The notes: generated by a model not told the origin, from the sequence alone. Numbered from the stretch's first letter, positions 28,584-39,020 are shown. The stretch is 64,000 nt of DNA from Longimicrobiales bacterium (GCA_965226375.1 CBDDCX010000007.1:64001-128000); one strand, 5' to 3'. A program made the numbers and translations.

Positions 28584-30134
28584 ATGACCACCACGTACCC
28601 CGAACAGTTCAATATCGCCGAGTACTTCCTCGATGCGCGCATCCAGGAGGGGCGCGGGGAGCGGATCGCCCTCCGCACGGATGCGGGTGACCTTACCTAC
28701 GTCGAGGTCCAACAGCTCGCCAACCGCTTCGGCAATGTGCTGCGAGCCGCTGGTGTCCAACCCCGGCAGCGGGTCATCGTCGCTGTGCCCGACGGCCCGG
28801 AATTCGTGGCGGCCCTCTTCGGGGTGCTCAAGATCGGCGCGGTGGTTGTGATGGTCAACCCGGACCTGAAGGCGGACGCCATCGAGTATTTCTACCGCTA
28901 CACGGGCGCGGCTGTCGCCCTGATCCACGCCGATACGGCGGTCCCGTTTCAGGAAGCAGCCGCTGGAGTCGAGACCCTCGAGCGGCTGCTGGTGGTAGGA
29001 GGCGACGAGTTCGAGACGACACTGAACGAAGCGTCCACGGAGATCGAGAACTTTCCTACAGGCCGAGACGACGCTGCCATCTGGCTCTTCTCCGGCGGCA
29101 CCACGGGTCAGCCGAAAGCCGTGGTGCAACCCCATCGCTCCTTCGCCAACACGACGGAGTGCTACGCAAAGGGGCATCTCGGCTATACGGAGGACGACAT
29201 CACCCTGTCTGTGCCGAAGCTCTACTTCGGGTACGCCACCGGGTCCAATCTGCTCTTTCCGTTCTCCGTGGGCGCGTCGGCGGTTCTCTTTCCCGAACGT
29301 TGCCTGACCGATGTCCTATTCGAGAAGATCCGGCGCTTCCGGCCCACCATCCTCATCAACGTGCCCACCATGGTGAACCACATGGTGAGTCACGCGGACG
29401 CGAACACCTACGACCTATCATGCCTGAGGTTGGCGTCATCGGCGGGCGAGGCGCTTCCCATGGAGCTCCACCGTCGGTGGAACGACATGTTCGGTATCGA
29501 CCTGCTGGACGGGCTCGGGACCGCCGAGATGTGGCACGTCTTCATCTCCAACAGACCCGGAGACGTGCGCCCCGGCACGCTCGGGACCATTGTCGAGGGA
29601 TTCGAGGTGATGGTCTGTGATCCCGACGGGAACGAGCTCGCCCCGGGTGAGGTCGGGCTGCTACGCGTCCGGGGGGACTCGCGAGCCATCGGCTACTGGG
29701 AGCAACCCGAAAAGACGCGAGAGGTCTTCCAAGGTCAGTGGTATCTGTCCAGCGACATGGTCAGCCGAGACGCAAAAGGGGTGTTCACCTATGTCGGTCG
29801 CTCCGACGACATGCTCAAGGTCTCCGGTAAGTGGCTGTCGCCCAAGGAGGTCGAGAACTGCCTTCTGCAGCACTCGGCCGTGGACGAATGTGCCGTGGTG
29901 GGGGTGGTGGACGGGGCGGGGCTCACCAAGCCGCACGCGTTCGTCGTGCGGGGGGAAGACTCCGCACATCGGCCGGATGGTGACCTGGCCACCGAGCTGC
30001 AAGTGCACGTGAAGGAGACGCTCGCCCCCTACAAATACCCCCGGCAGATCCACTTCATGGACGACCTGCCCCGGACGCACCTGGGCAAGGTCGATCGAGG
30101 CAAATTGCGGAGTGATACCTCTACGAAGGATTGA
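28584..30134 (+). CDS. Benzoate/2-aminobenzoate-CoA ligase family protein
   Basis: FSGGTTGQPK, PKLYFGY, DGLGTAE, GRSDDMLKVSG and YKYPR..LPRT.LGK. Confidence 0.9.
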   Translation: MTTTYPEQFNIAEYFLDARIQEGRGERIALRTDAGDLTYVEVQQLANRFGNVLRAAGVQPRQRVIVAVPDGPEFVAALFGVLKIGAVVVMVNPDLKADAIEYFYRYTGAAVALIHADTAVPFQEAAAGVETLERLLVVGGDEFETTLNEASTEIENFPTGRDDAAIWLFSGGTTGQPKAVVQPHRSFANTTECYAKGHLGYTEDDITLSVPKLYFGYATGSNLLFPFSVGASAVLFPERCLTDVLFEKIRRFRPTILINVPTMVNHMVSHADANTYDLSCLRLASSAGEALPMELHRRWNDMFGIDLLDGLGTAEMWHVFISNRPGDVRPGTLGTIVEGFEVMVCDPDGNELAPGEVGLLRVRGDSRAIGYWEQPEKTREVFQGQWYLSSDMVSRDAKGVFTYVGRSDDMLKVSGKWLSPKEVENCLLQHSAVDECAVVGVVDGAGLTKPHAFVVRGEDSAHRPDGDLATELQVHVKETLAPYKYPRQIHFMDDLPRTHLGKVDRGKLRSDTSTKD

Positions 30135-32332
30135 TGAGCATGGCGCATGTCCCGAGGCGGCTTCCGAGCCCCGTCACGAGCGGAATCTTCGCACTGGCAT
30201 TCCTCGTCGCCCCGACCTCCGGTAGCGGCCAGGAGCCCGCACTCACGATCGAGCGGATCGTCTCCCAGCCGGCGCTCACCGGCACCGCGCCGTCCGCTCC
30301 GGCCTGGTCGCCCGACAGCCGGCGCCTCGCGTTCCTCTGGAACGACTCCGCGATGCCACGCCGTGAGATATGGATAGTCGAGGGAAACGGCTCGGGATTA
30401 CGTCGTCTCACCCGGGAGACCGAGGGTACGGGAGGAGTGGGCCGCTTCGTTTGGACCCCCGACGGGGCCGCCGTGGTCTATTTCCGATCAGGCGACGTTT
30501 GGCGCATGCCCCTGAACGGAGGGGACGGGGAGCGTCTCACGGAGACCCGCGGCGGAAAATCAAACCTCGCCGTATCACCGAACGGTCGATACGCCTCGTT
30601 CCTGCAGGACGGCGACCTGTGGCTCCTCGACCTCGGAACGGGAATGCTGACCCGGGCGACGGACGTCGGCGTCCCCCCGATCTCGAGCGTGCCACTCGGG
30701 CGCTATAACCGCCCCGACGTCGAGATCGGACCGTACGTGTGGGGCGGTCCCACGTATGCGTGGGCGCCGGACAGCCGGACCATCGCCGTGCACTACGTCG
30801 ATCGTCGCGACATGCGCATCGTGCCCTTTCCGTACTACCTCGGCGAAGAGACGCTGGTCAACAACCTTCGTAGGGGGTATCCAGGCGACCCGAACGAGCA
30901 TCGCACGATCGGATTCTACGGAGTCGAGAGCGGTGAGTTGACACTTCTCGACCTCCCGGACCCCACGGCCAACCGCATCGTTGATTTCTCCTGGTCTCCG
31001 GATGGGATCCTGCTCCTGGACCGAGAATCCGACACCGCCGTGGAGCGTTGGATGCACACGGTCGACCCTGCCAACGGCCGCATGGAGGAAATCTGGCACG
31101 ACAGTCGGGAAACGCGCGTGTACACCTCAATCGCGTCGGCCTGGCACTCCGACGGCGAACGGGTGGTGTTCCTCAGCGACCTCGGCGACCGCTACGGGCT
31201 CTATCTCCTCACTCCGGGAGAGAGGACGCCGACGTTGCTGACGAACGAGCGCTTCGACGTGACGGGAGCGCCACTCGTCGTCTCGGCCGCGTCAGCGATC
31301 TTCTTCCAATCCAACAATCCGAGTCCCTACGAACGGCACGTGTACCGTATCGCGGACGAGGGAGGCAGGGCGACACGAGTCACCACCTTACCGGGTCAGC
31401 ACCAACCATACCCGTCACCGGACGGCACCAGAGTGGCGCTCCTCCACACCGATGACGTGAGTCCGACCGAGTTGTACCTGGCGGAAGCCGGGGGCGACAC
31501 CGCCGAGCGACGCATCACCCACTCACCCCCGCCCGAGTTCACGAGCCGGTCCTGGGCCCGGGCGCGGTACGTGACCTTCCCGAGCCGAATCGACGACTAC
31601 ACGCTGCACGCGCGCATCCTCGAGCCGTCGAACCTCGATCCCACCAAACGGTATCCCGTCGTTTTCGGCCCGGCCTACTCCAACACCGTACGCAATCGCT
31701 GGGCCGGTACCAACGGCACACTCCACCAGCTCTTGGTGGAGCGCGGCTACATCGTGGTTCAGGTCGACGTGCGGGGCAGCACGGGATATGGGCGCCTCTT
31801 CAGAGAGGAGTTCCTCATGGACTTCGGCGGAGAGGACATCGACGACCTCGAGAGCGCCGTCGATTATCTGTCCACGCTGCCCTATGTCGATCCGGATCGA
31901 GTGGGCATCTGGGGCAGCAGCTACGGGGGCACCCTGACGATCTACTCGCTCTTCAAGAAGCCGGGGCTGTTCAAGGCGGGAGTGGCGGGCGCGGCCGCTG
32001 TAGATCCGTACTTCTTCGGCACCGATGACGTGGCCATCGCACGGCGTCCGCAAAGCCACCCGGAGGCTTTCGAGCGGGGCGCGGCACAGTACGCGGGCAA
32101 CCTGGAGGATCACCTCTTGATCATCCACGGCATGCAAGACGACATCGTGCCCTTCAAGACGACGGTGGCGCTCGCCGAGGAGCTGATGCGCCTCGGTAAG
32201 GACTTCGATTTCGCCTTCGCCCCTGGCGCCACGCACGGTTGGACGCGGCCACCCCACTACGCTCGGTACCTGCTCGGAAAGCTGGTGGCTCACTTCGATC
32301 GATATCTCGGTGCGGGGCCCCGAGACCCGTAG
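30134..32332 (+). CDS. S9B/DPP IV-like peptidase
   Basis: Signal peptide, WSPD propeller, GSSYGG nucleophile, HGMQDD and ATHG. Confidence 0.9.
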   Translation: MSMAHVPRRLPSPVTSGIFALAFLVAPTSGSGQEPALTIERIVSQPALTGTAPSAPAWSPDSRRLAFLWNDSAMPRREIWIVEGNGSGLRRLTRETEGTGGVGRFVWTPDGAAVVYFRSGDVWRMPLNGGDGERLTETRGGKSNLAVSPNGRYASFLQDGDLWLLDLGTGMLTRATDVGVPPISSVPLGRYNRPDVEIGPYVWGGPTYAWAPDSRTIAVHYVDRRDMRIVPFPYYLGEETLVNNLRRGYPGDPNEHRTIGFYGVESGELTLLDLPDPTANRIVDFSWSPDGILLLDRESDTAVERWMHTVDPANGRMEEIWHDSRETRVYTSIASAWHSDGERVVFLSDLGDRYGLYLLTPGERTPTLLTNERFDVTGAPLVVSAASAIFFQSNNPSPYERHVYRIADEGGRATRVTTLPGQHQPYPSPDGTRVALLHTDDVSPTELYLAEAGGDTAERRITHSPPPEFTSRSWARARYVTFPSRIDDYTLHARILEPSNLDPTKRYPVVFGPAYSNTVRNRWAGTNGTLHQLLVERGYIVVQVDVRGSTGYGRLFREEFLMDFGGEDIDDLESAVDYLSTLPYVDPDRVGIWGSSYGGTLTIYSLFKKPGLFKAGVAGAAAVDPYFFGTDDVAIARRPQSHPEAFERGAAQYAGNLEDHLLIIHGMQDDIVPFKTTVALAEELMRLGKDFDFAFAPGATHGWTRPPHYARYLLGKLVAHFDRYLGAGPRDP

Positions 32333-32373
32333 AGGAGGCCAGGGTGGAATACCTCGGTGAGCTCGGAGGTGGG

Positions 32374-33624
32374 CTAGAGCCGCTCCAGCCCCAGTGCAGC
32401 CGCCGGCAGGGACGTCCGACCCTCCAGCACCTGCTCCGCGATGATCTGCCCCGTCACGGGGCCTAGCGTGAGACCCAGCATGGCGTGGCCGGTGGCAACG
32501 AACAGCCCCTCCTGCCCGGGGACCGGCCCCACATAGGGCATCCCGTCGGGTGTGCACGGCCTGAGCCCGCACCACTCCGAGCGAGGCGGGTCGTCACCTA
32601 CGTCCGCCACATACTGCTTCGCGGCCGTGGTGAGCTGTTCCAAACGACTTCGCACCAGATCATGGTTCAATCCTGAAAATTCGAGCGTGCCGGCAAGACG
32701 GGTGAAGTCGTCCAGGGGGGTACAGAAGACGGATGTTTCCGCGAGCACGCAGTGGATGCTCATCGAGGGCGCGCCCGCTCCGGAATCGAGATCTCGGTGA
32801 TAGCCCTTTCCTGCCTGCACAGGGAGGCGCAACCCGAACTTGGCCGTGAGTTCCTGGCTGTAGGCTCCGGTGGCCAGTATCACCGTATCCGCTTCCAACT
32901 CGTCACCGTCGGCCAGTCGGACACCCTTCACGCGGCCCCCGCTGCTCAGGACCTCGACTACGCCCCGGCCGGTCAGAACATCGGCACCGTAGCCGACGGC
33001 ACGATCAGCCATCTCCGTGACGAAACGATACGGATCACACGTAGCCGCGTCGGGAAAGTGGACCCCCCCGACCACACCATCCAGAAGAGCGGGCTCGAGC
33101 TCCTGGAGCTCGCCCCCAGTGAGCACACGGGGGTGGTAGCCGTGATCCCTCATCATTTCTGCGTCCCGCTTTCCACCCTCCAGGCCCTTTTCAGTGCGGC
33201 AGATCTCGTAGTAGCCCTGTCGCTGGTACGTGCAGTCCAAGCCCTCGTCGGCTACCAGGGAGTCGAAGAGTGCGAGGGTCGTATGGCCGAGGGGTGCGAG
33301 GGCTCCCATGCTCACTTTGAGGTGCTTCTCGGTGGAATACCGACGGAAAATCCAAAGCCACCTGGCCAGTCCGGGATCCCAGCGGACAGGAATGTAGAGC
33401 GGGCTCTTGGGATCGAGGAGGAGCTTCAGAGACTGGTGGATGCGGCTGGGCTTGTTCAGCGGAGGGTGGCCCGCCGCCACCGTACCCGCGTTCCCGTACG
33501 ATGCCGCCTTCCCGATCTCATCCCGGTCCACCAAGGTGACCGCCGCACCCGGCTTGGCCAGGAAATAGGCGCAACAGACCCCGATCACGCCCCCACCCGC
33601 TATGACTACGCGTCGTTCAGACAC
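32374..33624 (-). CDS. D-amino acid dehydrogenase-like FAD oxidoreductase
   Basis: GGGVIG, ASYGNAG, GKGY, GLRPCTPDG and GHAMLGLTLGP. Confidence 0.88.
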   Translation of the reverse strand: MSERRVVIAGGGVIGVCCAYFLAKPGAAVTLVDRDEIGKAASYGNAGTVAAGHPPLNKPSRIHQSLKLLLDPKSPLYIPVRWDPGLARWLWIFRRYSTEKHLKVSMGALAPLGHTTLALFDSLVADEGLDCTYQRQGYYEICRTEKGLEGGKRDAEMMRDHGYHPRVLTGGELQELEPALLDGVVGGVHFPDAATCDPYRFVTEMADRAVGYGADVLTGRGVVEVLSSGGRVKGVRLADGDELEADTVILATGAYSQELTAKFGLRLPVQAGKGYHRDLDSGAGAPSMSIHCVLAETSVFCTPLDDFTRLAGTLEFSGLNHDLVRSRLEQLTTAAKQYVADVGDDPPRSEWCGLRPCTPDGMPYVGPVPGQEGLFVATGHAMLGLTLGPVTGQIIAEQVLEGRTSLPAAALGLERL

Positions 33625-33724
33625 AACCGCTCCGCGTAGCTACCGGTGTGGCAAGGTCTCGACGCATCCAACCGACGGCTCTGTTTCCCGCTCGGGGGAC
33701 AGATTTCCCGAGTGCCGCTTCCCC

Positions 33725-34186
33725 CTACTGGACCACGAACCTCACGGTGTCCGCCACCCAGGGAGTCAACGGGACGTGTGCCCCGTCACCCACCACGGCG
33801 ATGACGATGTGCTCGCCCGGAGCCAGATCGGTCAACTCCATCTCTGTCTGGGCTTGGCCCATGTGGATGTGTACGCCCGGAGTCGACGGAATGGCCACGC
33901 CGGCCTCGGGAAGGTCGGTGTCGACTATGAGGTGATGGTGGCCCGTGCCATCCTCCATCGTCCCGGCAGGGGCGATGAGCAGATCCGACACCTCGAGCAT
34001 CACCACTACGGAGCTACCCTCTATCACCGCGTCGTTCGCCGGCTGGGTGATCATGACCGAGGGGACGGCCGCGGCAGGTGGAGCCTCGGCGGTGTCCGTC
34101 TCGCCGGCATCCGGTTCTCCTCCGCACGCTGCGAACATCAGGGCGACGGCTGCGGCGGTTGGAAGCACTAGTGCTCTAGGCGTCAT
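33725..34186 (-). CDS. DUF4399 family lipoprotein
   Basis: Lipobox FAAC; TGHHHLIVD, HMGQAQTE and GDGAHVP. Confidence 0.82.
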   Translation of the reverse strand: MTPRALVLPTAAAVALMFAACGGEPDAGETDTAEAPPAAAVPSVMITQPANDAVIEGSSVVVMLEVSDLLIAPAGTMEDGTGHHHLIVDTDLPEAGVAIPSTPGVHIHMGQAQTEMELTDLAPGEHIVIAVVGDGAHVPLTPWVADTVRFVVQ

Positions 34187-34512
34187 GGCAAGGCTCCTGG
34201 CAAATGAAGACGGCTCGTGGGCTCATGGGATGGCGGGACAACCTATTTGGTCTTTGCCGCCGAGGGCAACACGGGGGCCGAGAAAGCCCTAGCCCGATCG
34301 AGCGTAATCCGACAGTGTGGTTTGGGGGGTGGTCCTGTCCACACAGGGTGACACCCGATGTCCCGTTTCTGTCCACACACGGACGCCGTCGAGTCCACGA
34401 ACAGGCGGTATCCCGAAGATTCGATCATCGGCACATATCTTGCTCTGAGTTGGCTTCAGCCCCCGCCCGCTCCGTGAGTCAATCGCTCCTCAGGACGAAA
34501 GCAGGACGGAAG

Positions 34513-34881
34513 ATGCGCTACTCCAGCACCATTATCGGGCTCGCCTTATGCCTCAGTGCGTGTGCCAGTGGAGGCTCCAGCGGGGGCGGTTCCTCCCGCG
34601 ATCTGATTACTGGGGCACACCTCGCCGCGACTGAAGAGAGCAATGCATACGATGCCATCCGGAGCCTCCAGCCGCGCTGGCTCCGAGCCGGGATGTCGGT
34701 CTACCTGGACGGAGCGCTGGCGGCGGGTGGTAGGGAAGCCACGCGCGATGAAGGAGCAAACTTTCTCAGGACTCTCGGCACACGCGGTATCCAGGAGATG
34801 CGCTATCTAGATGCCCAGCGAGCGGCGATTCGGTATGGGATGGGCATGGGGGCGGTCATCGAGATCGGCACGATCAGGTAG
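34513..34881 (+). CDS. Small lipoprotein resembling a stand-alone TonB-receptor plug domain
   Basis: Lipobox LSAC; RDLIT...NAYDAIRSLQPRWL...VYLDG...IQEMRYL...RYG...GAVI. Confidence 0.7.
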   Translation: MRYSSTIIGLALCLSACASGGSSGGGSSRDLITGAHLAATEESNAYDAIRSLQPRWLRAGMSVYLDGALAAGGREATRDEGANFLRTLGTRGIQEMRYLDAQRAAIRYGMGMGAVIEIGTIR

Positions 34882-34898
34882 CAGCGCAACGTAGCGGG

Positions 34899-36275
34899 TT
34901 ACTCCTCGGCCCCGATAGCTTCCGCCACCGGGACGGCCTGCGGTGCAGCTCCGTGCTCGGCCGTCCGCTTAAGCAACCCGTACGCCAGCCATCCCGCGCC
35001 CGACAGCACCGAGATCAGCAGCAGCCACCCGAGGGCGTTCATGAGCAGCGCCATGTCGAGCGCCGGCCACCGAAATTGATACTGGATCAGCGCGCCGACA
35101 CGGGTGGTCATCCAGTGCCATCCCGTATGAGCTACCAACGCCGAGAGGATGATGGTCCCCACCCGCTCGGCGACCCCGTAACGGAACAGAGCCTCCAGCA
35201 GCGGGATCATCATCATGAGCGCCAGAATCTGACCGAGCTCCACTCCCACGTTGAAGGAAAGCAGCGACATCAGCATGTGGGATCCTGCGAACTGGAGTGT
35301 TTCGCGGAGGGCGAACGAGAACCCGAATCCGTGGACGAGGCCGAAGACCAACGTGATGGCCCATCGGCGATGCAGGCCGATCTTCCCCACGATGTTCTCG
35401 AGGGCCATGTATACGATGGACGCAGCGATGAGCGTCTCGACCAACAGCGGGAACCACAAGGTGTCGGGTGCCAGGCCGAACGCCGACGCGACGAGTGTGA
35501 TCGAATGGGCCACGGTGAACGCCGTAACGATTACGACCAACGGCTTCAGGCGCCGGAACGGAATCACCAGGCATAGCAGAAACAGCAGGTGGTCGATCCC
35601 GTCCAGGATGTGGAAAAAGCCGAGCTGCACGAATCGCAGGGCAGCCTGATGCCATCGCGGATCGAGCTTGACCACTCCCATGTCACCGTTGTACTGAAAC
35701 GCGCGGACTGCCCCGCTGGGGGGCAGGAACCGGAGCACCGTCACCACACGTAGGGCGAGCCGCTCCAGCCCGGGACGAATCGAGAAGTCGGATTGATCCG
35801 ACTCGATCGGATACTCGAACAGGATGTCGAGGAGCGCCTGTTGCCAGTACAGCTGAGTCTCATCGGGAAGCCGGGGTCCAGTGACGTGGGCCAACGCACC
35901 CTCATAGGTCGCGAAGGACTTGTCCGAAGGGATCGAGGCCAGAACGGCTACGAGCTGCTGCCCCTCCATAAGTGCGCCGTTCTCGAAGAGTTCGACCTCG
36001 TCGCCGATCCACTGCATGGCCGCATCTCGGAGTGATCGGTCTGCCTGTGCCACATCCAGGTACCCGGGCCCCAGAAGGGGGAACTCCATGTCTTGCATGG
36101 CGGTGAGAGGCACCCGAACCAGCAATCTCAACAACCGACCTTCGGGCTTGACGATCGCCTGGACGGTCACGTCGCCCGGAATCTCGTGCACAATTGCGGG
36201 CGCCACCGCTGCGGAGCCCGTGGGGCGAGCGAGCACCAGGGTCGCCGCCAAGGCGGCCACCAGGCACACCTCCAT
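34899..36275 (-). CDS. HupE/UreJ family membrane protein with N-terminal periplasmic domain
   Basis: GFFHILDGIDHLLF, AFTVAHSIT, FGLVHGFGF and FNVGVELGQ. Start uncertain. Confidence 0.85.
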   Translation of the reverse strand: MEVCLVAALAATLVLARPTGSAAVAPAIVHEIPGDVTVQAIVKPEGRLLRLLVRVPLTAMQDMEFPLLGPGYLDVAQADRSLRDAAMQWIGDEVELFENGALMEGQQLVAVLASIPSDKSFATYEGALAHVTGPRLPDETQLYWQQALLDILFEYPIESDQSDFSIRPGLERLALRVVTVLRFLPPSGAVRAFQYNGDMGVVKLDPRWHQAALRFVQLGFFHILDGIDHLLFLLCLVIPFRRLKPLVVIVTAFTVAHSITLVASAFGLAPDTLWFPLLVETLIAASIVYMALENIVGKIGLHRRWAITLVFGLVHGFGFSFALRETLQFAGSHMLMSLLSFNVGVELGQILALMMMIPLLEALFRYGVAERVGTIILSALVAHTGWHWMTTRVGALIQYQFRWPALDMALLMNALGWLLLISVLSGAGWLAYGLLKRTAEHGAAPQAVPVAEAIGAEE

Positions 36276-36449
36276 GGCTCTTCGGTGGTTGCTAATCACG
36301 TCTCGTCCTCTGTTTGGCACGGCCCGGGGCTCGGTCACGCACGTGGGGCGCTCGGGGATCAATATAGGAAATCTGGTTGTTACGGCGACTGAACCGTATA
36401 CTGACCGTCCCGCTTCGCACGCACCTAGAATTCAGCGTAGAGGAAGACC

Positions 36450-37685
36450 ATGAAACCGACGCGTAGTTTCCTCATTCTGGGAACCCTGCTCTCACTCACG
36501 CTCGCCATGGGAGCCTGTGGGGGTGCACCGGATGCGGCCGCCGCTGCTGCTGGAGAAGCGCCCATGTTCGAGGTGGACCCGTTCTGGCCCAAGCCGTTGC
36601 CGAACCACTGGCTTCAGGGCGCCACGATCGGCGTCGCGGTGGACTCCCGGGATCACGTGTGGATCGTGCACCGCAACACGCCCGATCAGTTCGCCGCGCG
36701 CACCGAGATCGGTCTCGCGCAGAATCCTCCGCTGAGTGAGTGCTGCCAGCCTGCACCGCCGGTTCTCGAGTTCGATCCGGACGGCAACCTCGTGGGATCG
36801 TGGGGCGGACCCACCGACTCCGGGGAATTCGAATGGCCGCTGTCGAACCACGGCATCGAAGTGGACAACATGGACAACGTGTGGATCGGCGGAAACGGAC
36901 CCTCCGACTCGCACGTACTGAAGTTCGCTCAGGACGGCACGTTTCTGATGCAGATCGGTCGCGCGGGTGCTCGCGTAACCGGCACGACACCAGAGGGCAG
37001 AGATATCTACGAGCGCAACAGTATGGACCCGGAGAGCTTCGGCCGGGTCGCCAAAGTCTCCTTCGACGCAGCGAACAACGAGATCTACCTCGCCGACGGT
37101 TACCTGAACAAGCGCATCGTGGTGATCGATGCGAATACGGGTGACTTCAAGCGGTTCTGGGGTGCATACGGCAACCCTCCCGACGACGCGGAGGCCGCCG
37201 CCATGGGCCGCTACTCGCCGGACGAGCCGCCTGCTCCGCAATTCCGCGGACCGGTGCACTGCGCCGAGCCGTCCAACGACGGGCTGCTCTATGTGTGCGA
37301 CCGGGCGGCCGACCGCATTCAGGTCTTCCAGCTCGACGGCACCTATGTGAGCGAGGTGTTCATCGCTCCCGCGACACTCTCTCAGGGCTCGACCTGGGAC
37401 ATCGCGTTCTCGCCGGATCCCGGACAGCAGTTCATCTACCTTGCCGATGGCCAGAACATGAAGGTGTACGTCATCGAGCGTGAGTCGATGGAAGTGCTGT
37501 ATAGCTTCGGTGACGGAGGGCGCCAGCCCGGCCTGTTCTTCGCGGTGCACAGCATTGCCACCGACTCTGAGGGCAACATCTACACCACCGAGACCTACGA
37601 GGGTAAGCGGGTCCAGAAGTTCCTCTACCGTGGCATGGGACCGGTCACGACCGAGAACGTGGGCGCTCCCTGGCCGGGCAGGTAA
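36450..37685 (+). CDS. NHL-repeat (PAL-like) beta-propeller lipoprotein
   Basis: Lipobox MGAC; VDPFWPKPLPN, ADGYLNKR, VCDRAADRIQVF and HSIATDSEGNIY. Confidence 0.85.
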   Translation: MKPTRSFLILGTLLSLTLAMGACGGAPDAAAAAAGEAPMFEVDPFWPKPLPNHWLQGATIGVAVDSRDHVWIVHRNTPDQFAARTEIGLAQNPPLSECCQPAPPVLEFDPDGNLVGSWGGPTDSGEFEWPLSNHGIEVDNMDNVWIGGNGPSDSHVLKFAQDGTFLMQIGRAGARVTGTTPEGRDIYERNSMDPESFGRVAKVSFDAANNEIYLADGYLNKRIVVIDANTGDFKRFWGAYGNPPDDAEAAAMGRYSPDEPPAPQFRGPVHCAEPSNDGLLYVCDRAADRIQVFQLDGTYVSEVFIAPATLSQGSTWDIAFSPDPGQQFIYLADGQNMKVYVIERESMEVLYSFGDGGRQPGLFFAVHSIATDSEGNIYTTETYEGKRVQKFLYRGMGPVTTENVGAPWPGR

Positions 37686-37710
37686 CCCAACTCCGATCTC
37701 CACCCCGAAA

Positions 37711-37747
37711 AGAGCCGGTCCGGTGCCTTTGGCACCGGGCCGGTTTC
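37711..37747 (+). terminator. Rho-independent terminator-like hairpin
   Basis: GAGCCGGTCCGGTGCC-TTT-GGCACCGGGCCGGTTT, just after the NHL gene. Confidence 0.7.
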
Positions 37748-37769
37748 CTACTCAAGACGGATCATCGAC

Positions 37770-38192
37770 ATGAGGCTCACCCATCTCATCAGCATCATTA
37801 CGCTTACGACATTGGCGGCGTGCGGAGGCACACCCGGTCCCGGCGACTCCGGCTACGCCTACAACGTGGACGGAACCTACTCGGGCGCCGTGACTGTAGA
37901 GGGCCAGGCGTTCAGCGGTAGCGTCGACCTGACAACGACCCCCGGAGGTGTCGTCACGGGGACGTTTACGGTCACACAACCCATTCAGATGAGTGGCGAC
38001 GTGGAGGGGACACTGATGAATGACCGCCTCACCGTCCGTATGACCTACGTGGATAATCCGCTCACCGGATGTAGCGCGGGCTCGATGACGGGCACGCTCA
38101 CGGTGACCGAAGGCGGCGCGGGCCTGTCAGGGCCGGTCACGGTCGACGACTGCGGGCAGACGTTGGGTGCGAGTGTGAGCTACACGAGGTAG
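37770..38192 (+). CDS. Hypothetical lipoprotein
   Basis: Lipobox LAAC; beta-rich sequence with two further Cys. Confidence 0.7.
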   Translation: MRLTHLISIITLTTLAACGGTPGPGDSGYAYNVDGTYSGAVTVEGQAFSGSVDLTTTPGGVVTGTFTVTQPIQMSGDVEGTLMNDRLTVRMTYVDNPLTGCSAGSMTGTLTVTEGGAGLSGPVTVDDCGQTLGASVSYTR

Positions 38193-38408
38193 CCGGCGGC
38201 GGAGATGACAAACATGGCTGGCCTCCTTGGGTTGGGTGCCGCAGGCCTTTTGAGCAAGTTCAGCGTAACGCCCCGCTCGAGTGAGGTCAGCCCTTCGCCT
38301 TATAAGATCAGAATCGCAATCCGTTGGGCGGTGCCCGATCAGGTTCAAAGCGGAATCGCATGACAGAGCGGTGACAGTCTCGAGCACACCTCCCGGAGGA
38401 ATAAAGAA

Positions 38409-38855
38409 ATGCCGATCGACTACGTTTACGACGCGACCGACAATGTCTTGTGCGTGTGTCCATACGGCACGCTCTCCGTGCCGGATGTCCGTCAATACCT
38501 AGAGGACCTCATCGACGACGAGAGGATCTCCAACCCGGCGACGGAGGTCATTCGTTTCGATGACGTTGAGAACTTCCGGTTCGCGATGATCACGGACCTA
38601 CCACGCATGCTGCCCCGCCTGCGGGAGGCGAAGAAGCTGGGCGCAACCGTCTTCGTTGCCGACAACTTCCTGCAAGCCGTCGTTGGAAGGCTGATGGTGA
38701 GGTTGCTTTGGTTGCAGGACCCCGGGTATCCGACGCGAGTCGTCTACGGCGGAAAGGACCTACATCGAACGCTGCGGGAGCTGAACGTCGTGACGACGGG
38801 AGGGGCGACCGCTGAGATCCACATGAACGGCCGCAACGCTCGAGATCAACTTTGA
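38409..38855 (+). CDS. Hypothetical protein (STAS/SpoIIAA-like small protein)
   Basis: GGAGG SD; MPIDYVYD...GTLSVPDV pattern. Confidence 0.55.
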   Translation: MPIDYVYDATDNVLCVCPYGTLSVPDVRQYLEDLIDDERISNPATEVIRFDDVENFRFAMITDLPRMLPRLREAKKLGATVFVADNFLQAVVGRLMVRLLWLQDPGYPTRVVYGGKDLHRTLRELNVVTTGGATAEIHMNGRNARDQL

Positions 38856-38970
38856 ATGCAACAGGGTTAGTTCCTTAGCAAGTCCGATAACAGAGTTCTA
38901 AGGCACGAGAACGTCTCAGCCCACCATGGCGCGAATAAACCCCGAAGCCGCTCGGAACGCAAATACACTA

Positions 38971-39020
38971 TTCCTCCAACTGGGCGGGTGGATTCGAACC
39001 ACCAACCTCCTGGTTAACAG
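38971..39020 (-). repeat. Displaced 3' half of tRNA-Asn (att site direct repeat)
   Basis: TTCCTCCAACTGGGCGGGTGGATTCGAACCACCAACCTCCTGGTTAACAG matches 42911-42961 with one substitution and one indel, and stops at the anticodon loop. Confidence 0.9.

Noticed and set aside
38971..39020. Second functional tRNA-Asn
   Set aside because: Only the 3' half is present, with no D-arm or 5' acceptor strand; treated as an att remnant.
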